Shown here one piece after another: positions 58,046-64,000 of a DNA stretch of 64,000 bases. A program made the position numbers and the translations under genes. The first letter of the stretch is position 1. Every line of letters begins with the position of its first letter. The notes under the pieces are model-generated. The model saw only the letters and a program-made list of their open reading frames with translations. It had not been told where the DNA came from and searched no databases. The stretch is taken from IMG/VR virus record IMGVR_UViG_3300008267_000030, positions 8,150 through 72,149 of that record; one strand, written 5' to 3'. This DNA is from a virus.

Positions 58046-59710
58046 TCAAGCGAATTTTAAAGAGTATGGTGTATTGTTTTTGGCTATTAAATTCATTGAC
58101 CTCAACCAGGCGTCTTTATCATTTCCGAATCTTTCCAACATTCTTTTTCCTATTAGCGAGGATGTCCACTCTTTGTCTTGCAACAACGTGTTTAATGTTT
58201 TTTCATCAAAGATGTCTTTTGTGTGGTCAAAATTGTACTTTGCATACAAGTAATCACGAAGAGATTGAATGTCGGCCTTTGTTTCTTCAGGAGATTCAAG
58301 ATGATTAATTTTTTCATCCTCATGCTTTCCTTTTGTTACCGATCCTAATTCTCTTTTAAATGTTTCATAATCTTTTTTGCCACCTTTTGTTGCCTGGTTT
58401 AACTCCCACAACATTTTGTTTTCTGGGTACACCTGGTCAACATTAAATCTTCCCGATTTTACCAAAGGACTCTTGTCAAAAAATTGATGACCAGCCTCAT
58501 GAGATAAAACTTCTGGCGTATTAGTATTTTCTTCTATTAACAAATGATAAAGTCTTGCCAATTGTTCAGGACTGGTAATTACATTTTTATCAATTTTATA
58601 CTTACCGCTATCATATACTTTTTTGGCAACTTCTAAAATAGCCTTATCCTGGTCTTCCTTAGTTGCAAAATTTCTTCCATGAAGCGCAGGCTGCATTGCT
58701 ATATAGTCAAATCCCAATGGATTGTTACTAACACTTTCTCCCGTTGTTATAGGGTCCTGGTCATAAGCAGTAACTGGAAGATTTCTATTCAATTGCTGCA
58801 TAATTGCATTTGCAACGCCAGGATTTTCCGTAACATATTTTTTTGTTATATCCTCTCTGTACGAAGGATCGCTCGTCCACTTGTTTAGGTCAATGTCTTT
58901 ATTGTAATGACTTGCTGCAAGCCTTTCAATAAATGCATTTGAATGTTTATAGTCAAATATTCTTTGAGACAACGGAGACAGTGTTTTTGCATTTTGCGGT
59001 TCAAAATCAACAACGCCTGTTCCTCGATTTAAACTTCCAGAATTTTCAATAAATCCTGTTGTTGGCATATTGCTGTAATAGGCGTCTTTAAGACCCTGTA
59101 TATTTTTTGTTGCCTCATACGCCTTTAACCATTCTTCTTTTTGGTTGACGCCAGCAGGTATAGATATTGGACTTCTTTCTTGATTTAATAAATCTCCAGT
59201 TGTATTTAGTCCATACTTATTTTCAATTTGTACGGGTTCTGTTTTAGTCAAATATTTATCGTCAAACAAATATTGTCCCAGGGGTTCAATTTTTGTTTTA
59301 GGGCCAACTCCTATTGCCTTTCTGTATGCGGCCTCATCCTTTGGATAATAGTAATAACCCTTTTTTACAAAATCGTCCGGGTTTAGTTTATACATTGGTC
59401 GATCAGGAGAATCGTATTGTCTTCTTTCCTGGTCAGACATTTCAGGTTCTTCTTGTGCTACAGGCTTATTTTCAACTACTGGGGCTTTTTGCACAACTCT
59501 TGGTTTTGCTTTAGCCATTTTTGTTACGGCAGCATCTCCTACAAGTCCTCGTTTTTGACGAAAAAGATACTGAAAAAATTTCTTAATAGGATTGTCTGCT
59601 CCGTAAGCATCAGACATTGATGCAGCATTTTCGTATTGAAAATCGCTATTTTGGGCCGCTCCAGCAAGTTTTTCCCTAACTTCTGGATTTAAGTCAAGTA
59701 TAGACGCCAT
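58046..59710 (-). CDS. MASILDLNPE-tagged protein with a zincin metallopeptidase domain
   Basis: VLSHEAGHQ (HExxH) plus downstream HLESPEETKAD providing a candidate third-ligand Glu. Confidence 0.65.
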   Translation of the reverse strand: MASILDLNPEVREKLAGAAQNSDFQYENAASMSDAYGADNPIKKFFQYLFRQKRGLVGDAAVTKMAKAKPRVVQKAPVVENKPVAQEEPEMSDQERRQYDSPDRPMYKLNPDDFVKKGYYYYPKDEAAYRKAIGVGPKTKIEPLGQYLFDDKYLTKTEPVQIENKYGLNTTGDLLNQERSPISIPAGVNQKEEWLKAYEATKNIQGLKDAYYSNMPTTGFIENSGSLNRGTGVVDFEPQNAKTLSPLSQRIFDYKHSNAFIERLAASHYNKDIDLNKWTSDPSYREDITKKYVTENPGVANAIMQQLNRNLPVTAYDQDPITTGESVSNNPLGFDYIAMQPALHGRNFATKEDQDKAILEVAKKVYDSGKYKIDKNVITSPEQLARLYHLLIEENTNTPEVLSHEAGHQFFDKSPLVKSGRFNVDQVYPENKMLWELNQATKGGKKDYETFKRELGSVTKGKHEDEKINHLESPEETKADIQSLRDYLYAKYNFDHTKDIFDEKTLNTLLQDKEWTSSLIGKRMLERFGNDKDAWLRSMNLIAKNNTPYSLKFA

Positions 59711-59757
59711 AATACCTGTAAAAATACAGGTATTTTATATTTGTAAAAATTTTTACA
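59711..59757. promoter_or_regulatory. two perfect palindromes upstream of the tagged gene pair
   Basis: AATACCTGTA-AAAA-TACAGGTATT (59711-59734) and TGTAAAAATTTTTACA (59742-59757). Confidence 0.55.
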
Positions 59758-60214
59758 TCTTAGCAAGACTTTCGGGCGGCAGACTGTAACATTCGCCTTT
59801 GCCGTAGTTCTTTATGTTTTCTGGCTTGTAGATTGCCTCTGCTGTGCAGTAGCCGTAATAGTCAATCTTGTTACCCTCAATGTAGCATACAACAAACAAA
59901 TCAACGTCCGTCTTTTTCTTCAGCGGGATTGCTATCCCACGGCCCTTGTGCCTGGTGGACTTGATGTCGATCCTGACACCCTTGTTTGTAATGCAGTCGT
60001 ATCCGCCGCTTCTTGGCTCAACCGAGCAGTCAAAGAATATGTTTCTTGCCTTGCAGAACGCATACTCGGTCATCACTCCGTCAAAATTGTACTGCCAACC
60101 ATTGCCAGCCCCCATCTTCGCATCTTTTACCGCTTTCCCGGCATTGGCTATCTCCCTTAAAGAAGCCAGAATCCGGCAAAAATTCATTTCGTATTCCGTT
60201 AATTCAACAATCAT
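59753..60214 (-). CDS. PD-(D/E)xK nuclease-fold protein
   Basis: GVMTEYAF...GYDC...IDIKST. Confidence 0.6.
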   Translation of the reverse strand: MIVELTEYEMNFCRILASLREIANAGKAVKDAKMGAGNGWQYNFDGVMTEYAFCKARNIFFDCSVEPRSGGYDCITNKGVRIDIKSTRHKGRGIAIPLKKKTDVDLFVVCYIEGNKIDYYGYCTAEAIYKPENIKNYGKGECYSLPPESLAKM

Positions 60215-60552
60215 TCATCATCACTTTTAATAAAGATGGAGGCCAGCAAAGCGCCGATAGCCGCTGCAAGTGCCGTTAAAGCCTTCCAGACGGATACAGA
60301 CGCTTTGCCCTCTACTTTGACCTCCTCCAAGTCCTTTAGTCTCTCTTTGTAGTGCCGGATGTCGGTTTCCAGCAATTTCACTTTCCTCATGTAACCGACA
60401 ATTTCATCGTCCGCTTTGGCAATCTCGTATTCCAGATGCTTGGCTTTGTCTTCCAGGTCGGCCATATAATTTTCCTTTTCGTTCAAAAATATGTTCAACT
60501 GGTCTTTATTGTAGCCAATCACTGCATCGATGTCAAAGCGGTTCGATTTCAT
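60211..60552 (-). CDS. coiled-coil protein with a C-terminal TM helix
   Basis: Heptad-rich, then VWKALTALAAAIGALLASIFI. Confidence 0.6.
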   Translation of the reverse strand: MKSNRFDIDAVIGYNKDQLNIFLNEKENYMADLEDKAKHLEYEIAKADDEIVGYMRKVKLLETDIRHYKERLKDLEEVKVEGKASVSVWKALTALAAAIGALLASIFIKSDDE

Positions 60553-60556
60553 TTCA

Positions 60557-61375
60557 TCAAAGAACTAAGTTTCTCAATTCGTAAGCCCGGGCAAGCCTTG
60601 TAAGCCCGATTCCTCCACCAAATCTGGGGAAGAAATTCAAATTTAAAAACTCGTCCAGTTCTTTATCCACCCTGTCGGCCCCGAATAGTTCGTACAGTTT
60701 TGCAGCGTAAGTTCCGTCGGCAATGGTGTGGAACAAATTCTTCATGCCCTCCGGATCGCAACTGCGCTCAGCAGAGCCAATGGTCTCCTGGCCGTACAGA
60801 ATCACGTCAATTTTGTTAAACAGTCCGTCAGCACGTTTTGCCATGTTCCAGAACGGGTGCGTTCTTTCAGGGAACAATTCAAGCGACACTACCGGCCCAA
60901 GTTCTTTCCACATCCGGGACTCATGCTCGTCCTCCAGGATTTTTACTCCGCCGTACATCTGGCAAACTTCATCGTACTGAACATGGACTGGCCTTTGAAA
61001 ACCAAGATGCTTTAGCAATTCCGCCTCCAGGTATCTTAATTCATCAATTCCACCCTTGCTTTCAAACTCAAACATCGGGAAAATGAGTTCATGCCTGCCT
61101 GGGATAGGGGTTTTTTCCTGCCGGTAAGACGTCGAAATACAGAAAACTCCTGGCCATTCGGGGTTTTTTAGGAGTTCATATTCAAGCCACATCTGTCCAG
61201 TTTGCGGCAATGGCCACACTTTGCCCTCGTAATTAAACGTAGTAACGCTGTGCGGGTTCTCGCAGGCTGCAAGAATAGACAAACGACTTTGAGTCGGAAC
61301 CTCAATAAATCCTTTACCGAGGAAGAAGGTGCGCATCTGCTGCACCAGATCGTGATAAACGTAGGTTTTATACAT
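60557..61375 (-). CDS. class IIb aaRS catalytic-domain paralog (AsnRS-like, no anticodon-binding domain; asparagine synthetase-like)
   Basis: Motif 1 FFLGKGFIEVPT; LPQTGQ; motif 2 SYRQE...RH..IFPMFEFE; ETIGSAER; motif 3 GGGIGLTRL; about 272 aa. Confidence 0.85.
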   Translation of the reverse strand: MYKTYVYHDLVQQMRTFFLGKGFIEVPTQSRLSILAACENPHSVTTFNYEGKVWPLPQTGQMWLEYELLKNPEWPGVFCISTSYRQEKTPIPGRHELIFPMFEFESKGGIDELRYLEAELLKHLGFQRPVHVQYDEVCQMYGGVKILEDEHESRMWKELGPVVSLELFPERTHPFWNMAKRADGLFNKIDVILYGQETIGSAERSCDPEGMKNLFHTIADGTYAAKLYELFGADRVDKELDEFLNLNFFPRFGGGIGLTRLARAYELRNLVL

Positions 61376-61377
61376 AT

Positions 61378-61665
61378 TTACTTGGTTTTGACTTTTTCTA
61401 TCTCCCGCTCCAGATACCACTTCGCCTTTTCAAGATCGTCGGCAATATTGTTACCTTCCTTTTTACCGGCTCTTGCAACATATTTAACCACGTTCCCAAG
61501 GTTAAAACCCAGGTCCCATGCCTCAATAACTTTAATTGCCTCGTAAGGGTTGTCTTTGCCGCCATAGTGCGCAGGGTTTGATATTTTTTCTTGCTTTGGT
61601 TTGTATGCTACAACTCCAAGTTCATCCCACTCGTCCTGGGTCATGCTTTGTCTGAGATTGCCCAT
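61378..61665 (-). CDS. DUF3310-like protein
   Basis: NPAHY...EAIKVI...GFNLGNVVKYVARAGKK...DLEKAKWYL. Confidence 0.85.
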   Translation of the reverse strand: MGNLRQSMTQDEWDELGVVAYKPKQEKISNPAHYGGKDNPYEAIKVIEAWDLGFNLGNVVKYVARAGKKEGNNIADDLEKAKWYLEREIEKVKTK

Positions 61666-61838
61666 TACCTTAATTCCAGTTGGTTTTCGGAAAATATATG
61701 CAGCATTCCATTGCCCTCCAGTTCGGCAACAATTCGGACCTCGCCCTTTGTGTTGGTAAAAACGGCCACAACAATGCCATCAAAGGCATAACCTTTAGGC
61801 TTGCACACCTTGTCTCCCGTCTTAAACTTGCTTTCCAT
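61665..61838 (-). CDS. DfrB/R67-like SH3-fold mini-protein (57 aa, start MESKF)
   Basis: FKTGDKVCKPKGYAFDGIVV...GMLHIF...LE parallels R67 [20 protein letters not shown]...GSVQIY...LE. Confidence 0.5.
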   Translation of the reverse strand: MESKFKTGDKVCKPKGYAFDGIVVAVFTNTKGEVRIVAELEGNGMLHIFSENQLELR

Positions 61839-62061
61839 AATTGCTTTCGTAGTATTGTTTTGCTTCTTCCTGATAGTTATCAATCTCGCAGCCAAGCGCC
61901 CAGGGAAAGTTAAGGCCACGCTCATAGGCGGTCTCTACCTGCTCCTTCTCCATTGCCTTGGCGTGTTCAATGAATGGGTGAAATAATGCCCTATGTTTTG
62001 GATGAATGAAATCATGCAGAATATTCTCAAGCCATTCTACTGCTGTCTGTTTCTTTTCCAT
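61822..62061 (-). CDS. conserved Bacteroidota-phage hypothetical protein
   Basis: KQTAVEWL...AKAMEKEQ...AKQYY pattern. Confidence 0.65.
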   Translation of the reverse strand: MEKKQTAVEWLENILHDFIHPKHRALFHPFIEHAKAMEKEQVETAYERGLNFPWALGCEIDNYQEEAKQYYESNYGKQV

Positions 62062-62062
62062 A

Positions 62063-62311
62063 TTATAAATTTTCGTCAAGTACTTTCAACACTGCCATCC
62101 AGTTCTCTTTGGTCTTGAAATAGACCTCCATCGTCGTAGCGCCGCCTTTATCGTTCATAAGGTAAATGTCCAGGCCGTACAGGTCCGTATCGTCCTTGTA
62201 GGCGTAGTATCCCTTAAAGTCAATCTGGTTAAACGTAAACATAACGTACCCGTCAACATAGACCTTGACCCGGCCATTGAAAATTTTAAATCCGTACTGG
62301 TGATGACTCAT
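62063..62311 (-). CDS. hypothetical protein
   Basis: Tightly packed ORF. Confidence 0.6.
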   Translation of the reverse strand: MSHHQYGFKIFNGRVKVYVDGYVMFTFNQIDFKGYYAYKDDTDLYGLDIYLMNDKGGATTMEVYFKTKENWMAVLKVLDENL

Positions 62312-62511
62312 AGCATTAACCTGTCTGTAAAATCAACAATGTTTTCTTCTAACCTGATCTCCATAATTGAAACCGCCGACTCGTATCCATGCCTTTTACG
62401 GAACAAAACAAGCGACTCCTGAGCGTCTTCCCTGCTCACAAAATAAGCAACTGCAGACCGTCCATTCTCAACTAATCTGCACTCAACACGAAAAATTATC
62501 TTCTTCTCCAT
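62308..62511 (-). CDS. hypothetical protein
   Basis: Overlapping, tightly packed ORF. Confidence 0.5.
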   Translation of the reverse strand: MEKKIIFRVECRLVENGRSAVAYFVSREDAQESLVLFRKRHGYESAVSIMEIRLEENIVDFTDRLML

Positions 62512-62717
62512 ATCCGTACTCCTCTTTCTTCCATTTCAGCGTACCAGGACGCCTTAAAAGCATTTTTAGCGCACCAATACCGGGCATAAGACAACAAACT
62601 GTTCTTCTTAACCCCTGTAACATATATGCTGTCTCCAACTTCCATGTGGGCAAAAGGATATTTACACTTCTCCTCCCGGACCGGCATCGGCCTCTTCTCG
62701 ATCTTGTACTGTTCCAT
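62496..62717 (-). CDS. small phage protein (KYPF..MEVGDS...GVRIWR family)
   Basis: Recognisable motif of a widespread small phage protein family. Confidence 0.65.
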   Translation of the reverse strand: MEQYKIEKRPMPVREEKCKYPFAHMEVGDSIYVTGVKKNSLLSYARYWCAKNAFKASWYAEMEERGVRIWRRR

Positions 62718-63027
62718 CTTCTTCTTTTTTTACTTCGTTTAATTCAAACTTGTTTATATGGTCAATGAACCTGGCCCGCTCCTCAGTCGGCAAATCAAAA
62801 AATGCCCACACCATCCCCACTATCGACCCGTTTATATCGTCCTCTAATTCCGTCAATTCAGGACCCAAATGCTGCTGAACCGCTTTCTCAAAGTTGCTGC
62901 AGTCATTCAAAATCCTATTGAAATACATCTTCATGTCGTTTCGCAACTCCTGGCCGGATGCTTTCACAACCTCTGCAGTAATTACCGTGCCTTTTACAAA
63001 GCAAACAAACTTAGAAAAGTCATTCAT
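62662..63027 (-). CDS. hypothetical protein
   Basis: Packed ORF. Confidence 0.55.
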   Translation of the reverse strand: MNDFSKFVCFVKGTVITAEVVKASGQELRNDMKMYFNRILNDCSNFEKAVQQHLGPELTELEDDINGSIVGMVWAFFDLPTEERARFIDHINKFELNEVKKEEDGTVQDREEADAGPGGEV

Positions 63028-63029
63028 TT

Positions 63030-63236
63030 CTATTGCAATTTATAGATAATTCTTCGGATAACTTTTGCAGCAGATAGGTGCTGCTCATTGTCTTTATCTT
63101 TTATAAAACGCTCGTACAGCGCTAATAACAATCCCATTTCCTCCTCGTCTGCTTTCTCGTAATGCACCTCTACAGGATTTAAAAAATCCGTAGTCGTAAA
63201 CCACTCAAACTTCACTTTCTGTTCTTCCATCTTCAA
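63030..63236 (-). CDS. hypothetical protein
   Basis: Packed ORF; exact start uncertain. Confidence 0.5.
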   Translation of the reverse strand: MKMEEQKVKFEWFTTTDFLNPVEVHYEKADEEEMGLLLALYERFIKDKDNEQHLSAAKVIRRIIYKLQ

Positions 63237-63738
63237 ACTTTTTTATGTCGTTCACAGCCTTTTTCTGGGCGTCTTTCCCTATTACAAACGATACCTCGAC
63301 CGAAATCCCACGCTCACGCAGAATCTCAGCCCGCTTCTCCGTCGTTCCTTTCCAGAATAACTCCGGCCTAATCCTAAAATACGTCGTTGAACCTTCAATC
63401 ACCCCCGCTTTCAGCAAATTCCCCACAGAACGGCTCAAATTAGCCCGCTGCATATTCAATTTCTTGCAAATCCTGTCCCTGTCCTCCGGTACAAACCGCA
63501 CATATCCCGTGTTTACCTCCGCTAAAGCACAGATTTCATCCAGGACCTGACGGTCTTTCCCCTGGCCAATGTTCAACAACGGCGCCATAAAGTCAATAAA
63601 CGTAATGAAAAACGCCCCAGGACTGGGAATGCGCTCAACAACCACCTTTCTTGAAGTGTATTGACGCATTTCCCCAGTGTCCTGGTCAACGTAGGTCTTC
63701 TCGACCGAGACTACCTTTGAACTACCTCTTTTTCCCAC
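63205..63738 (-). CDS. RepL-like winged-helix protein (probable GTG start at 63738)
   Basis: YVDQDTGE N-terminus; ICKKLNMQRANLSRSVGNLLKAGVI HTH; YFRIRPELFWKG signature. A TACATTTG element at 63764-63771 argues against the ATG at 63774. Confidence 0.65.
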   Translation of the reverse strand: MGKRGSSKVVSVEKTYVDQDTGEMRQYTSRKVVVERIPSPGAFFITFIDFMAPLLNIGQGKDRQVLDEICALAEVNTGYVRFVPEDRDRICKKLNMQRANLSRSVGNLLKAGVIEGSTTYFRIRPELFWKGTTEKRAEILRERGISVEVSFVIGKDAQKKAVNDIKKFEDGRTESEV

Positions 63739-63811
63739 TTTTACCGTATCACTTAATGATATGCAAATGTACATTCATTTGATAAATTTCCAAAAATCAA
63801 AGCACCCAATT

Positions 63812-63867
63812 TATCATATATGATACGGATTTTATCAAATATGATATGCTTTGTATCATTAGTGATA
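63812..63867. repeat. three TATCA-N4-TGATA palindromes at 21-bp period
   Basis: Copies at 63812, 63833 and 63854; a related TATCA-N5-TGATA at 63747-63761. Confidence 0.8.
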
Positions 63868-64000
63868 TGTATCTTGTATAGCACTCACCCCCTAAGCCCC
63901 TGAACCACAGTAATATAAAAATGGCCCCTTATATTTATTCATACAGACATTTAGACAGTAAAATTCAGTTTCGTTTTTTAGACGATCCGAAAAATCCAGG

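Noticed and set aside
1-64000. Stop-codon reassignment, as seen in some crAss-like phages
   Set aside because: Long genes are intact in the standard code, coding density is high, and TAA, TGA and TAG all end tightly packed genes.
1-64000. CRISPR array, tRNA, DGR/reverse transcriptase, intein or intron
   Set aside because: I saw no repeat-spacer pattern, cloverleaf or RT motif. TerL and DnaB are uninterrupted and of ordinary size. This was a visual scan only.

Overview
The whole 64 kb window reads as phage DNA in the standard genetic code, with no host housekeeping genes, tRNAs, rRNA or CRISPR visible. It most likely comes from a Bacteroidota-infecting podophage: there are TAnnTTTG-type promoters and a crAss-like virion module (TerL, three ring-like proteins, large cargo proteins, muzzle, portal, scaffold-like protein, MCP, tail hub and fibre). 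Unlike canonical Crassvirales, no virion RNA polymerase or DNA polymerase is visible here. The giant cargo gene (4026 aa) is instead a DarB-like polyvalent protein (GNAT + N6-adenine MTase + Strawberry-notch SF2 helicase). Replication/recombination is lambdoid-like: an iteron-bearing initiator, DnaB, NinB-like protein, SSB, RuvC-like resolvase, and RecT plus a YqaJ-like exonuclease. Most notable observations: (i) two adjacent genes share a synonymously diverged N-terminal tag (MASILDLNPE) fused to unrelated protease-like domains (zincin and caspase-like), preceded by two perfect palindromes; (ii) a kissing-loop/terminator leader RNA lies directly upstream of the replication initiator; (iii) a second, RepL-like protein has 21-bp-phased palindromic repeats upstream; (iv) auxiliary genes include a ferritin among the cargo genes, an anticodon-less AsnRS-like ligase, a DfrB-like SH3 mini-protein and a GroES-like protein. 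All family assignments come from motif recognition by eye; no searches were run.
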